Virus record (IMG/VR): IMGVR_UViG_3300028394_000041
Coordinates: 64,001-128,000 of that record
Direction: 5' to 3' (one strand)
DNA from: a virus
Length of the DNA: 64,000 nt
Positions 28,503-39,331 of this stretch are shown piece after piece. Positions within the stretch are counted from its first letter, which is position 1. Every line of letters starts with the position of its first letter. A program made the position numbers and the translations under genes. The notes beneath the pieces were generated by a model. It was given only the letters and a program-made list of their open reading frames with translations, ran no database searches and was not told where the DNA came from.

Positions 28503-29089
28503 TTTAATCCTTTTACAAAGTTACGATAAAGTTCAGACATATATGATATTGATTTGTAAGCGGTGCTTCTAATTTTATTTTTAGATTGAATTCCTCTGCC
28601 AGATCTGCTATTTTTAAATATTACGCCATAAACGTAATAACCAAATCCAGAAATTCCATCTTCTACTCCCTTTACCCAACTTCTTCCTCTTTCAAAAGGA
28701 AGAGGCGTTTCTGATCTTATTTCTTCTAAAGAAGGAGTATATACATCATATTTTAATTCAAAAGTTTTTTTATCAAATTTTGGATTCTTGCCTAAAAATG
28801 TATTTTGTTTGATTAGTTTTTTTAAATCTTCAACTGGTTTATCTGCTTCATCAAACCCAATAAAAGCAAAAAGATTCTCTTGTCCATTTAATGTATTACT
28901 TACATTTTCTCCGTCTGGTCCAGCGCTTAACTCTTTTGAAATTGGATGATTTTCTATCTCTTGAATGTAAAAATTTAAATTTTCATCTAAAACTTCTTTA
29001 GCGTATTCAATAGATTTTTGCTTAAACGCTTCTTCAAAAGCTGGAGATATTTCGTCTCGAATCTTTTTTATATCTATCTTGCTAGCCAT
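28499..29089 (-). CDS. putative neck/tail completion protein
   Basis: Synteny; WVKGVEDGISG..SRSGRGIQ. Confidence 0.45.
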   Translation of the reverse strand: MASKIDIKKIRDEISPAFEEAFKQKSIEYAKEVLDENLNFYIQEIENHPISKELSAGPDGENVSNTLNGQENLFAFIGFDEADKPVEDLKKLIKQNTFLGKNPKFDKKTFELKYDVYTPSLEEIRSETPLPFERGRSWVKGVEDGISGFGYYVYGVIFKNSRSGRGIQSKNKIRSTAYKSISYMSELYRNFVKGLK

Positions 29090-29529
29090 TATTTTGTTTG
29101 CTCCAATCCATATACATAATAAGAATTATTCAAATACTTTTTTATAGTATCTTCTGTTATAACATTCCAAGTTTTTCCATCAAATTCTAATTTAATTGTT
29201 TTACCATTAGCAATAAAATCTCTAGCATTTTGTTTAACTTTTAAAGTAACGTCTCCACGAGCAAATACTAATTTTAAATCACTATTGACCGCATCTGTGT
29301 CTCTAGCATTATTATAATATATTCTTCCATTAAAAATTCCAGTAACAGGTAGATATGTATAATTTACTGAATCTGAACTAGATCCATATCCATAAAGTGG
29401 AGTGCTTTGTAATTCTTGAATTACTTTAATTGGCTCTTTATGAACTATAAAACTTCTAGAAAAATAATCAAAAAATTCATCGTATGCGTTAGAAAACTCT
29501 GCTGCTGTATTTGAATTTATAAAGCTCAT
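29089..29529 (-). CDS. putative head closure (stopper) protein
   Basis: 146-aa beta-rich protein; synteny. Confidence 0.45.
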   Translation of the reverse strand: MSFINSNTAAEFSNAYDEFFDYFSRSFIVHKEPIKVIQELQSTPLYGYGSSSDSVNYTYLPVTGIFNGRIYYNNARDTDAVNSDLKLVFARGDVTLKVKQNARDFIANGKTIKLEFDGKTWNVITEDTIKKYLNNSYYVYGLEQTK

Positions 29530-29531
29530 GA

Positions 29532-30041
29532 TTACGCATTATATATGCTTCTTATTTTATATAATGAATTTTTATAATTAACATCGTATGAGCCTTCAAT
29601 AAAATCATCTCCTGAGACTTGCAGTGGCCCAGAATTATTGTTTTGGTATTGAGATGCTAAAGTTTTTAATTCATTATATTCTTCTTTTCTTATAGCAATA
29701 TAATTTTTAAGAACTTCATTTTTATTAACTTTTTGAACAGTACCAATATCATCTTTAATAGAAACAAAATCAGAAGATGCTGAACTAGCAGTACTTTTTA
29801 TTTTAAGATCAAAATAGTATATAGAATACATTTTTTTGAATATATATTTCTCAATATCAGATAAATTTGGAGATATTTCAAAAGTTGAGCTATCTATTGA
29901 AAAACTAGCATTAATAATGTTATTTAAACCGCCAATATTTCGTCTTACCCATGCAGCTATAGCTGCTATGCTAAAATCATCTGGTTCGCCCATTTCTTCA
30001 TAAATCTCTTGGGCAATAGAGGTTACGGTATTTAATATCAT
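29532..30041 (-). CDS. putative head-tail adaptor
   Basis: 169-aa helical protein, first in the neck cluster; synteny. Confidence 0.45.
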   Translation of the reverse strand: MILNTVTSIAQEIYEEMGEPDDFSIAAIAAWVRRNIGGLNNIINASFSIDSSTFEISPNLSDIEKYIFKKMYSIYYFDLKIKSTASSASSDFVSIKDDIGTVQKVNKNEVLKNYIAIRKEEYNELKTLASQYQNNNSGPLQVSGDDFIEGSYDVNYKNSLYKIRSIYNA

Positions 30042-30049
30042 ACAGTAAA

Positions 30050-30055
30050 TTACAC
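30050..30055 (-). promoter_or_regulatory. GTGTAA late-promoter motif (leaderless)
   Basis: 8 nt upstream of the ATG at 30041. Confidence 0.65.
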
Positions 30056-30092
30056 TTTAAATTATTTAAATTTTAAAGTAAGATTATCAAGT

Positions 30093-30332
30093 TTAATACA
30101 ATTTATTTTTGATATATTCAACGCAATTTATAAAATCATCTATACGAAGTTCACTAATTCCGTTTTCTTCTATTTTATTAACAAGAGTAACATTGCCGAC
30201 TGGTCTTAAGTAAAAACTAAAGTGATAAGCATTTTCTGCGTATATTACGCTAACGTCTTGTTTAACATAAGAAGTTGGACCATTTTCAGTAAACCCAAGA
30301 GATATTAGATAATTTTTAATGTGTTCAAACAT
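30093..30332 (-). CDS. hypothetical protein
   Basis: 79-aa ORF with its own GTGTAA motif. Confidence 0.65.
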   Translation of the reverse strand: MFEHIKNYLISLGFTENGPTSYVKQDVSVIYAENAYHFSFYLRPVGNVTLVNKIEENGISELRIDDFINCVEYIKNKLY

Positions 30333-30340
30333 ATATTTAT

Positions 30341-30346
30341 TTACAC
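30341..30346 (-). promoter_or_regulatory. GTGTAA late-promoter motif (leaderless)
   Basis: 8 nt upstream of the ATG at 30332. Confidence 0.65.
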
Positions 30347-30347
30347 G

Positions 30348-33300
30348 CTATATAGAAAACAATTTAAAGTCTTTTTTTAGTTTGCCATCTATGCCCATGC
30401 TACCGATACTGATTCTTTCTTCTGGATATGTATCTAAAAATTCACCATAAAAATATACATTATCTCCAGAATAATTTATTCCCCTAATATGTTGTCTCAG
30501 CCATTGAGTCTCTCCTCCAAATCCTCTTCCATAAAAACCTTCAGTATTTGTATTAAGAGTGAAATTTTTATTCATTATTGGGTCGCCATTAGTTTTATTT
30601 GTGATAGTCAAAAAAGCATTTTTATTAGTTAATCTGTTCATCGTTTCATAACTATAGTCTCTGCTTTGACGATTAACAACATATAATTTATTATTATCAA
30701 CCATAAACTCTTCACCAGCTCTCCCCTGCACAGTTTGTCCTCCGCCAACAGTATCATACGATTCCCAAACAGAATCTGCGTATCCCCCAAAAGTTTTTAA
30801 CAAAGCTCCACCAGTACTATTAACAAAATGAACTCCTCTATTACCAGAGTTTTGATATAATTCAAAATGATATCCACAAAATCCTACACCTGTGCCTGGA
30901 ATAACTTTTACATCCTCGACATAATCATATCCATTAGCTAAATATCCAACGGCAGTATAAGAACTTGGATCAGAATAATATATTGTATTTGTATCAAAAG
31001 TTGGTATAGGAGTAAAATTATTATAAATGATTCCATCGTTAGGATTTACTGCGCATAATTTTCTTTTTGTAGTCACTCCTACTGTTGTGAAATTACCACC
31101 AGCATATAAATAATTTCCACTTATATCTATCGCTCTAATGGCGCCGTTAAAATTAGGATTAAAATTGGTATCTAATGCTCCATCTGATAGTCTAACTTTT
31201 GCACATCTATTTCTTGTCACACCGCCAACAAGAGTAAAATCACCACCAATATACATATGGTCTCCACTTATTTTCATAAAAAGAACTGAATTATTTCCAA
31301 TATTAGGATTAAAAGATGCGTCTAATGTATTCGTATCTAAATTCCATGCAGCTAGACGATTTCTTGTTACTCCACCTACCGTTGTGAAACTTCCTCCCAT
31401 ATATAGCATATTTCCCGTATATGTTAAGGTTGAGCATGTGCTATTTAAATTTGGATCAAAAGATGTTAAAAATGTATGAGGATTAGTTTTAATATCCCAT
31501 GCCGCTATACGATTTCTTGTTACTGTTGTGGTTGATGCTGGAACATCGCTCCTAACACTTGTAAAATTCCCTCCTATGTATATGGCGCCACTATCTTGAT
31601 GTATTTTCATAGCTGTAATTGTACTGCTAGGATTTGGCGCCCAACCAGTATACAATCTTCCATTATTTAATTCATACGCAATACATGACCTATCAAGGGC
31701 TAAAGTATCATTTTGCGATAAATTTGATCCACCTATATAAAGTTTTCCACTATAAATATCCATGCAATACAAATCAGTCGTTGAAGTTGATCTTGGGTAT
31801 CTTTGCATTTCTGTTGTATTAAAATCAAAAGCTGTTAATGTATGAGCTTTACCAGTTCCCAAATCTGCAAAAGTTCCAGCCACTATAATTCCAGAAGGAT
31901 GAACTTTAACATCAAGAGGATGTCTACTAAATGATGGGCTCCAATTAGTGACTCCAGAGGTAGTTAGATCTATTGCTGCGCCTCGTGGTCTAGGCAAACC
32001 ATTTACAGTATGAAATCTACCAACAGTATATAAAACCTTATTAGTATAATCAATATCTAACGAATAAATAACATCATCAAAAGGTATATTTAAATCTGTG
32101 ATTTGTTTTTTATGTATATCGTAACAAAATAATCCACTTCTGCTTAATCCGCTTACTTGAGTAAATCTTCCTCCAACATAAAGAAGATTATCTTTTCTTT
32201 TCATTGTATGAACAAGGCTACTCCCAAGATGAGCTCTACTGTAACCCTCTTTATTTATTGGATTAGGAAAATCTTGAATTTGCCAATTTAGTCCTTCAAC
32301 AATTGTACTTGTCCCAGTATCAATACCAGCAAAAAATCTAGTATTAATATCTGCATTTTTTTGAAATTGACCACCCACATATAGGATATTTCCACTTTTT
32401 TCTATACATGTTACAGTACGATCACTGTTATAATAATCTAAATTTGGATTAAATGAAAAATTTGTTTTTCCACTTATAAGATCTACTCTTGCAATTACGC
32501 CTCTACTTTGTCCATTTACGAACTCAAAACTGCCACCTAAAAACATAGATTGAGATGCAGAATCAAGATACATTGTGTTTAGTGTGCAGATATTAGGATT
32601 AGAATGATAAATTTCAGGAGCCCAATTTGTTATTGAATTATTGCTTAAATCTATACATGCACCATTAATTCTTTGTTTAAAAGTTTTATTATTAGAGCTT
32701 GCGCATGGACTTGTGTGAGGAAAAAATAATTTATTATCTATAATTCTTTTAACCGATTGACTTGATACTCCTAAAACTCCTGCACGATAATGATCAAGAG
32801 TTCCATAAAGATATTTACCGCTTATTGTATCAATTATATTTACGCTTCCAAAATGTTTTCTTCCACTTAACGCTATGTCAGTAGAAAGACTATTCGCAGA
32901 AAGATAACTATTTATCACAGGGTCATTATTAATGCTATTGCCACCTTCAATTAATAAAAATTTACCATCTCCAAATTCTTTAAGAGTTTTCCCACCATAT
33001 CCACATATTTGTGGGGTACCTCCTCTATCGGGAGCAAATTGACTTATTAAATTTCCATTGTCATAATCAAATTTTGCTATATAATTATAAGGATCTCCAG
33101 ATCCTCTAGGGTTCATCGCAGAACCTCCAGCCAGTATATAAATTCCACTTTTACCAAGTTCTAATTGGTTGAATTGATTAGTTCCTAAATTAGGATCCCA
33201 AGGTAAAAGATTAAAATTTAAATCGCAAGCTGCCGCGCGATTTCTTGTTACTCCATTTACTGTTGTAAAACTTCCTATAAAATATATTGCATTTCTTACA

Positions 33301-34151
33301 GGATCTAATCTTGCATGGGTTACTGAACCATTACAACTTTGTAATCCAGTAATTGCAAATCCACTAATAATTTCATGCGCAGAAATTCCACCTAAAGTTT
33401 TACCATCGTTTATTGTAAAAGTTTGACCATACTGTATTATTCCTGTACCGCCGCTAGGATAAAATGATCCTGTTACAAAAAATGGATCTTTTGAAGCATT
33501 ATTCACTGTTCTACTTAGAAAACATGTTGTATCATTCTGAGCAATGTAATAACCCATTGAATTTCTACTATCTTTTTCAAGAGTAACTCTATTCACTGTT
33601 CGACTTCCAGGATTTTGAGTAGTATTAGGAGGCAAAAAAGTAGATACATTATTTCCACCACCAAAAAGCCACCCAGTTCTCGAATTCAACATCAAAAAAC
33701 TTCTTCCGTCTTTTCCACCACCCATACCAAGAGCCCATCCAGTATTTAAACCAGAAGGAGTAATATTAACATAATGACCATATCTTATTCTTTGATTCAC
33801 TATAAGAGGCAAACCATTTCCATCAGAAATATAATATTGATTATTTGATCTTGTTTGAGCTATAGAACAAACATAACTATTATCGTCTAATTTTTGAATA
33901 TCGTTAAAACTTACGCCATTTCCATGAAAATATTGATCTAATTTAAAATCTATTGGATTTTCTAAAATTTGAACATCTGCTCCAGTATAATCAAGAACTG
34001 TTAATGGCGCAGATTTATATCCAGCGACTCCAAGAAATTGTCCCCCAACATATAAAAGATTATTATCTCTAACCGATGTGAAAATTGGGCCACTAAAAGC
34101 CCCCATGTTGTTATTTTGATCGGCTTCGCTTGTTAAAAATGTATTAAACAT
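30348..34151 (-). CDS. large beta-propeller repeat protein, putative receptor-binding/virion appendage
   Basis: More than 10 blades of LYxGGxFTxVxGVTRNRxAxxD...FNPNxN. Confidence 0.8.
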   Translation of the reverse strand: MFNTFLTSEADQNNNMGAFSGPIFTSVRDNNLLYVGGQFLGVAGYKSAPLTVLDYTGADVQILENPIDFKLDQYFHGNGVSFNDIQKLDDNSYVCSIAQTRSNNQYYISDGNGLPLIVNQRIRYGHYVNITPSGLNTGWALGMGGGKDGRSFLMLNSRTGWLFGGGNNVSTFLPPNTTQNPGSRTVNRVTLEKDSRNSMGYYIAQNDTTCFLSRTVNNASKDPFFVTGSFYPSGGTGIIQYGQTFTINDGKTLGGISAHEIISGFAITGLQSCNGSVTHARLDPVRNAIYFIGSFTTVNGVTRNRAAACDLNFNLLPWDPNLGTNQFNQLELGKSGIYILAGGSAMNPRGSGDPYNYIAKFDYDNGNLISQFAPDRGGTPQICGYGGKTLKEFGDGKFLLIEGGNSINNDPVINSYLSANSLSTDIALSGRKHFGSVNIIDTISGKYLYGTLDHYRAGVLGVSSQSVKRIIDNKLFFPHTSPCASSNNKTFKQRINGACIDLSNNSITNWAPEIYHSNPNICTLNTMYLDSASQSMFLGGSFEFVNGQSRGVIARVDLISGKTNFSFNPNLDYYNSDRTVTCIEKSGNILYVGGQFQKNADINTRFFAGIDTGTSTIVEGLNWQIQDFPNPINKEGYSRAHLGSSLVHTMKRKDNLLYVGGRFTQVSGLSRSGLFCYDIHKKQITDLNIPFDDVIYSLDIDYTNKVLYTVGRFHTVNGLPRPRGAAIDLTTSGVTNWSPSFSRHPLDVKVHPSGIIVAGTFADLGTGKAHTLTAFDFNTTEMQRYPRSTSTTDLYCMDIYSGKLYIGGSNLSQNDTLALDRSCIAYELNNGRLYTGWAPNPSSTITAMKIHQDSGAIYIGGNFTSVRSDVPASTTTVTRNRIAAWDIKTNPHTFLTSFDPNLNSTCSTLTYTGNMLYMGGSFTTVGGVTRNRLAAWNLDTNTLDASFNPNIGNNSVLFMKISGDHMYIGGDFTLVGGVTRNRCAKVRLSDGALDTNFNPNFNGAIRAIDISGNYLYAGGNFTTVGVTTKRKLCAVNPNDGIIYNNFTPIPTFDTNTIYYSDPSSYTAVGYLANGYDYVEDVKVIPGTGVGFCGYHFELYQNSGNRGVHFVNSTGGALLKTFGGYADSVWESYDTVGGGQTVQGRAGEEFMVDNNKLYVVNRQSRDYSYETMNRLTNKNAFLTITNKTNGDPIMNKNFTLNTNTEGFYGRGFGGETQWLRQHIRGINYSGDNVYFYGEFLDTYPEERISIGSMGIDGKLKKDFKLFSI

Positions 34152-34157
34152 AATAAG

Positions 34158-35075
34158 TTAATTAGAAAAATTCTTAATATAAGTGGTTATGAATCTATTA
34201 TCTAATTTTAAAATATTAAAAATATCATTTTTTCCTGAACCTTGAGTTATAAGTGGCGAAGCATCACCTGGAAATCTATAATTATTGCCAAAAATTAAAA
34301 AATTACCTCCATAATTGCTTTGAACTATTTTTATAAGTATAGTTTCACCTTCTGGAATATTAATAGGATTATTTATAGTATTATAAGTTGTTGCAAATCC
34401 AGTCAGTTGATAAACAAAATTTCTTCCTGATACATAATCTGGAGTAAATGGATTTCCAGAAGAATAAATTATACTTTTTTGATAGTAAACTTCTTTTCCG
34501 CTAACTAATGGAACAGATTGGAAATCTTTAATTCCACTGACTGTTTGATTTCCTGTGGTTCTAACTGTTGTGCTAAGATCAACTTGGGCAGCTTCTCCGC
34601 TTAGAAGAACGCCTGTGCCATTTACAAAAGGTCTTTGATTTGTTGTTAGTGTGCCACTTAAAAGCATGTTTCCACTAACATATAATTTAGTTGTTCCAGT
34701 ATTTGGAAGCCCACCCAATCCTAGTGAATTTCCAGTTAGTGTAAAATCATTTCTATTAAAAGCTCCCATGATTACTGTGTTATCATCAAAAGCTTCTATG
34801 ATTGGAAGTCCAGCTATATCGTTAACGCTAAAAAGAGATCCAGAAAAATTATCTGTTACAGAAAATAATCTCCCATTTGCTCCATCTATTGTAAATCTAT
34901 CTAATCCAGTAATATTACTAACATAACTAGTCAAATTTAAACCTCCAAAATTATCATAACTTAATCTAGCGGAGCGATTTCCACCAGTTATACCAGCATC
35001 AAAAGATGATACGCCAGCAGTTCCTGTGGTAAATTCCATTAGCCCCGAATTTGGATTGATTAATATATTAGACAT
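34158..35075 (-). CDS. fibre-like virion protein
   Basis: GRLFSVTDNFSGSLFSVNDIAGLP module, plus RPFVNGTGVLLSGE and TGNQTVSGIKDF modules shared with 37283-39322. Confidence 0.65.
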   Translation of the reverse strand: MSNILINPNSGLMEFTTGTAGVSSFDAGITGGNRSARLSYDNFGGLNLTSYVSNITGLDRFTIDGANGRLFSVTDNFSGSLFSVNDIAGLPIIEAFDDNTVIMGAFNRNDFTLTGNSLGLGGLPNTGTTKLYVSGNMLLSGTLTTNQRPFVNGTGVLLSGEAAQVDLSTTVRTTGNQTVSGIKDFQSVPLVSGKEVYYQKSIIYSSGNPFTPDYVSGRNFVYQLTGFATTYNTINNPINIPEGETILIKIVQSNYGGNFLIFGNNYRFPGDASPLITQGSGKNDIFNILKLDNRFITTYIKNFSN

Positions 35076-35084
35076 ATAGATAAA

Positions 35085-35090
35085 TTACAC
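35085..35090 (-). promoter_or_regulatory. GTGTAA late-promoter motif (leaderless)
   Basis: 9 nt upstream of the ATG at 35075. Confidence 0.65.
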
Positions 35091-35093
35091 TCC

Positions 35094-35804
35094 TTATAAT
35101 CTGAACCTTCTTTTTAAAATGTTATTGTTTTGATATATTTCATTAGCAGTTAATACTCTATTAAATATAGAAAAATGAGCCATATTTCCATTTAAATTTC
35201 CAGCCCAAAATCTAGCTAACCATAATGGCTGATTATTACTTCCTAAACCAAAAGCCCAAGCTGTTGTATGTCTTAAAACTCCATTATAATACATTCTAAA
35301 ATTAGAACCATCATAGGTTAAGTGAAATACATAAAATATCCCTGTTGATAGAGTTGTGCTCCAATTTCCAGTAGTATCTAAATTACGAGTCGCATATAAC
35401 ACATCACTAGCTTGGAATCTAAGATGGTAAGTGCTATTACCAGAATTAAAATTATGAAAAAGAGCTATATGACCAGTAGAATCCGATTCTTCTCCTTTTT
35501 TAAATATTGGGCCATATGTTGGAAAAGTATTAAATTTAACAGCTATTTGCCAAGTCATACTGCTTGAAGGAAGAATAGATGAGTTATGCGAAACTATGCC
35601 GTATTGACTTGATGCAGATGCAAAATTAAGACTTCCTTGAAATTCATTTACAAAAGTAGGACTATTTTGAAGAGCGCAAGTATTATTATTTGGAGTTAGA
35701 TCACGCCAAGTAGTTCCACTACCAATATAACTCTGCTTATCAGCAGCATCGAGACATAATACTAATCTATCTGTAATTAAATCTGGTCCACCAGCGCAAC
35801 TCAT
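35094..35804 (-). CDS. LamG/concanavalin A-like lectin domain protein
   Basis: LVLCLDAADKQSYIGSGTTWRDL..TYDGSNFRMYYNG..FNRVLTANEIYQN. Confidence 0.85.
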   Translation of the reverse strand: MSCAGGPDLITDRLVLCLDAADKQSYIGSGTTWRDLTPNNNTCALQNSPTFVNEFQGSLNFASASSQYGIVSHNSSILPSSSMTWQIAVKFNTFPTYGPIFKKGEESDSTGHIALFHNFNSGNSTYHLRFQASDVLYATRNLDTTGNWSTTLSTGIFYVFHLTYDGSNFRMYYNGVLRHTTAWAFGLGSNNQPLWLARFWAGNLNGNMAHFSIFNRVLTANEIYQNNNILKRRFRL

Positions 35805-36502
35805 AATTTAAATCTTCCTTTAAAGGCATTATAGTTTTGCAATATTTCACTATCTGTTAATGCTCTATTATAAACAGAAGCTTGGTATATTTTAGTTCCA
35901 GCTGCAGTTACATTGTTAGTCCAAAAAGCACCATGAGCAAATCCTATATCTATATATGTTTGCTCAGGAATTGTTGCGGGTGAAACTCTACTATCAATTT
36001 TATTTCCATTTAAATAAAAAGCAATCGTAGAGCCATTATAAGTACCTGTTAAAATACGAATTTTTTTAGAAAAAGTATTTGAACTACCGTCAAAGTTCGC
36101 ATATAATTCATCTCCTGTAGCAAGATTATCGCTAAAAGCATCCCAAATTCCTTGTACAATAGTTGCATCATAAACCGCTAAACCAATTCCTCCATAATTA
36201 TTATTAAAACTTGAAAGCAAACATAAGCCATCGTTTGGAGTAAGAACATTTACATAAAACACTACAGAATATGTAAAATTACTAGCTAAATTTATTTTTT
36301 TAACAAAAGAAATTGAAGAGGTGGTAGCATTCATAAGAAATGCTTTATCTGAACTTAAAGATACATTTGTGATTGTGGCATTTCCATTTATATTAGTTAA
36401 ATCTGTGCAAACTGATCCTCCAGAATAGCATCTAGGATTAGAAGGATCTACATGAAAGACTAATCCATTTGTAACTATTTTAGGAGAATGATGAAAGCTC
36501 AT
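35801..36502 (-). CDS. LamG/concanavalin A-like lectin domain protein (paralog of 35094)
   Basis: PKIVTNGLVFHVDPSNPRCY..TYNGSTIAFYLNG..YNRALTDSEILQNY. Confidence 0.85.
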   Translation of the reverse strand: MSFHHSPKIVTNGLVFHVDPSNPRCYSGGSVCTDLTNINGNATITNVSLSSDKAFLMNATTSSISFVKKINLASNFTYSVVFYVNVLTPNDGLCLLSSFNNNYGGIGLAVYDATIVQGIWDAFSDNLATGDELYANFDGSSNTFSKKIRILTGTYNGSTIAFYLNGNKIDSRVSPATIPEQTYIDIGFAHGAFWTNNVTAAGTKIYQASVYNRALTDSEILQNYNAFKGRFKL

Positions 36503-37281
36503 AAATTTAATAATGCTAAATCTGATATAAATTTAGATATTCTAGCATCTAATTTTGCTAAATCTAAACTTCTTCCAAGAGAGTAAAAAGATATTCTTAA
36601 ACCACTTGGATATAAGGACGAACCATCTCCAAGACCAAACACTCCATATAATCCACTAGAAGGGGTTGCACCTGCTGATGTACTCGATGTTGCATTTGCG
36701 TTAGCTGTTCTTGCAATAAAAAATCCTCCTGATGTAGATTTAGATGTTCCTACAAAATTAATCATAGTACCATAATCTACTGAAGTAAACGTTCTATTAT
36801 AAACACGATACCCAGCAGAGTATTGAAATGACATACCTCCTTCATAACTATATACTTTTCCTCCAAGAATAATATAAGGACCACTACTTGCAAAACTAAC
36901 AGAATTTTCTTTTATATAAACAGATGCATGAGAATTATCTGTTGGAAAATTTGTTGTATCATTATTATTATATCCAAGATTTAAATATTTTGCGCCATCT
37001 GTTACAAGTCCAGTTTTTCTATTGTAATCACTAGAAATAAAATTAACATTTGTTGGAGCATTTCCAACTAATGGAACCAAAGCTCCGTTTAAAGTTCTAG
37101 CTCCGCCTAATAGACATGAAGCTTTAATTGAATTCCAAATTCCGTCATTTTTACATCCAACAATAAAATTATAATATAAAGCCCTAACTGATGTTTCTAA
37201 TAATGCTCCATCTGCAGATTCTACAGCTTTTATATAAGCCACCACATCTGAATCATATTTTTTCCCATACTGAGTTCCCAT
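36499..37281 (-). CDS. hypothetical virion-associated protein
   Basis: AYIKAVESADG..FIVGCKNDGIW..GARTLNGALVPL; lies inside the fibre operon. Confidence 0.6.
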   Translation of the reverse strand: MGTQYGKKYDSDVVAYIKAVESADGALLETSVRALYYNFIVGCKNDGIWNSIKASCLLGGARTLNGALVPLVGNAPTNVNFISSDYNRKTGLVTDGAKYLNLGYNNNDTTNFPTDNSHASVYIKENSVSFASSGPYIILGGKVYSYEGGMSFQYSAGYRVYNRTFTSVDYGTMINFVGTSKSTSGGFFIARTANANATSSTSAGATPSSGLYGVFGLGDGSSLYPSGLRISFYSLGRSLDLAKLDARISKFISDLALLNL

Positions 37282-37282
37282 A

Positions 37283-39322
37283 TTAAAACTCCACAGTTAA
37301 TTTTGGAATATCTTTTCTTTCTCCATATACTGTATAAAAATAATAGTTTCCATTATTACCATTTGTGATTATTCTTGTATTATTATAATCGACAACATAA
37401 ATATTATTAGTCGCGCCGATTGGAGTTAGATTAACTGAAATACTATTTTCATCAACTAAAGCTGGCCAGTAATTTGGAAGGCTTATTATATTGTCATTAG
37501 TTTTTCCTCTTACAAATACTCCGTGCTCTGGACCTTCTAAACTGCCGTATTGGAGTTTTTTGCCAACTTGAGTTGGATGATCTATTAAGAATGATTTAGA
37601 AGATGCAGAAAGATGACCAGTTATTGTTGTATTACCACTTACTGTAAGATCGCCTTGCAATACGCTATTTCCACTAACATAAAATCTACTTGGTACAGAA
37701 GATATACCACTACCAATACCGAAATTACCATTTGAATCTAATATAGCGCGATTTATACTACTTTTAGTGAACAGAAGATCTCTTGTGCCGCCACCGCCAT
37801 AACCTATTGATAAATTTAAATCACCAATACTAGATAAACCGATTGTATTTACATAATTTGCATATAATATACCAGCATTTCCATTTAAAGCAGGATCAAA
37901 ATATACTGAATTAGCATTACTAGCAGATTTTAAAATAAAAGGTGTGCCTAAACCAGACACAACTAACCCTGTAACATTAAGGGCACCTGTTATGTTTAAA
38001 TTACCAACTATATTTGTATTATCAAAAATATTTAAAATACCAGAGCCATTAATATTTATGTTATTACCTGTAATTAGTACATCTCTTAAAATTCCACTTT
38101 GAGATTGTTGAGAACCAATCATTAATTGATTGTTTCTCCATCCAATTAATCCAAATTCGCCGCTGTTAGTTCCTGTGCTATTAAATATTCTTATTGATTG
38201 TGGACTTGTGCCACTATAAATGTCTATACCAGATGTGAATGTTTTTAAACCATTTATTGTTTGATCACCAGTTGTATAAACGATTGTTGTGGGTAAAATT
38301 ATAGCTGAAGCTTCACCACTTAATAGTACTCCTGTGCCATTTACTATTGGACGAGTAGTAAAGCTTGCACCCCCACTAACTCTTAAATTTGTTCCACTTA
38401 TAAATACTGGAGAATTAATGAAATTAATATTCGTTCCTTCAAATGTCATATCTCCAACGCCACTAAGATTAAGACTTGCATCTATAACATTAACGTTTTG
38501 TCCAGAGAACGTAACGCCACTTATAAAAGTTTTGTTACCGCTTATAATTTGATCACCAGTTGTATAAACGATTGTTGTGGGTAAAGTTATAGCTGAAGCT
38601 TCGCCACTCAACAATACTCCTGTACCATTTACTGTTGGGCGATTTGTTAAGGCTACATTTCCATTTGTTATACTTATATCTACTCCAGAAAGAGAAATTA
38701 TATCAATATTATTAAAATCAACAGCATTAAAAATTCCAGTTCCAGAGACTTGAATATTATTAACGAAGGTTTTATTTCCACTTATATTTTGATTGCCAAA
38801 TGTCAGTACTGAAACTCCACTCAAATTATTTATTTTCGTATCAAGAGTCGAACCAGTAGAAGTTAAATTCGTAATAGAAGCGAACGTTGCATGTTCTCCA
38901 GTAACGTATCCACTTAAATTGTTGATTTTAGTATCGAGAGTAGAGCCAGTTGTTGCAAGCTGACTATCACTAGCGTAAGTAGTGTCTAAGTTACCAGTAT
39001 ATCCCGTGAATAGTCCACTCAAGCTATTAATACTTGTAGCTAAAGTTGAACCAGTCGAAGCAAGATTAGTTGTTGTTGCATATGAACTTAAATCTAATCC
39101 TGTTATTAATTTATTTCCGCTAACAATTGGAAATACGTCAAAAGTTTTAATTCCAGATATATTTTGATTTCCAGTATTATAAACTAAATTAGAAGCAACT
39201 ACTGGAAAGTTACTATCTATATTAAGATTTCTTAAGAATATACCAGAAACATCATCTTTAAGATAAAATCTTTGACCAGATGATATGCCTGAGTTTGAGT
39301 AATGAAATACTTGATTGCTCAT
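37283..39322 (-). CDS. long fibre protein with putative C-terminal intramolecular chaperone (S74-like)
   Basis: TGNQxISGxKTF and LxxTGSTLxxKINxLSG repeats; C-terminal KSFLIDHP..LQYGSLEGPEHGVFVRG..VYGERKD. Confidence 0.75.
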   Translation of the reverse strand: MSNQVFHYSNSGISSGQRFYLKDDVSGIFLRNLNIDSNFPVVASNLVYNTGNQNISGIKTFDVFPIVSGNKLITGLDLSSYATTTNLASTGSTLATSINSLSGLFTGYTGNLDTTYASDSQLATTGSTLDTKINNLSGYVTGEHATFASITNLTSTGSTLDTKINNLSGVSVLTFGNQNISGNKTFVNNIQVSGTGIFNAVDFNNIDIISLSGVDISITNGNVALTNRPTVNGTGVLLSGEASAITLPTTIVYTTGDQIISGNKTFISGVTFSGQNVNVIDASLNLSGVGDMTFEGTNINFINSPVFISGTNLRVSGGASFTTRPIVNGTGVLLSGEASAIILPTTIVYTTGDQTINGLKTFTSGIDIYSGTSPQSIRIFNSTGTNSGEFGLIGWRNNQLMIGSQQSQSGILRDVLITGNNININGSGILNIFDNTNIVGNLNITGALNVTGLVVSGLGTPFILKSASNANSVYFDPALNGNAGILYANYVNTIGLSSIGDLNLSIGYGGGGTRDLLFTKSSINRAILDSNGNFGIGSGISSVPSRFYVSGNSVLQGDLTVSGNTTITGHLSASSKSFLIDHPTQVGKKLQYGSLEGPEHGVFVRGKTNDNIISLPNYWPALVDENSISVNLTPIGATNNIYVVDYNNTRIITNGNNGNYYFYTVYGERKDIPKLTVEF
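38260..38642. repeat. internal direct repeat in the fibre gene (two copies, about 95 bp)
   Basis: TTTGATCACCAGTTGTATAAACGATTGTTGTGGGTAAA.. at 38260 and 38548; encodes RPxVNGTGVLLSGEASAIxLPTTIVYTTGDQ. Confidence 0.85.
38955..39004. repeat. 50-bp exact repeat, copy 1 (copy 2 at 41110-41159)
   Basis: GCAAGCTGACTATCACTAGCGTAAGTAGTGTCTAAGTTACCAGTATATCC is identical in two fibre genes. Confidence 0.9.
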
Positions 39323-39331
39323 TTTAATATA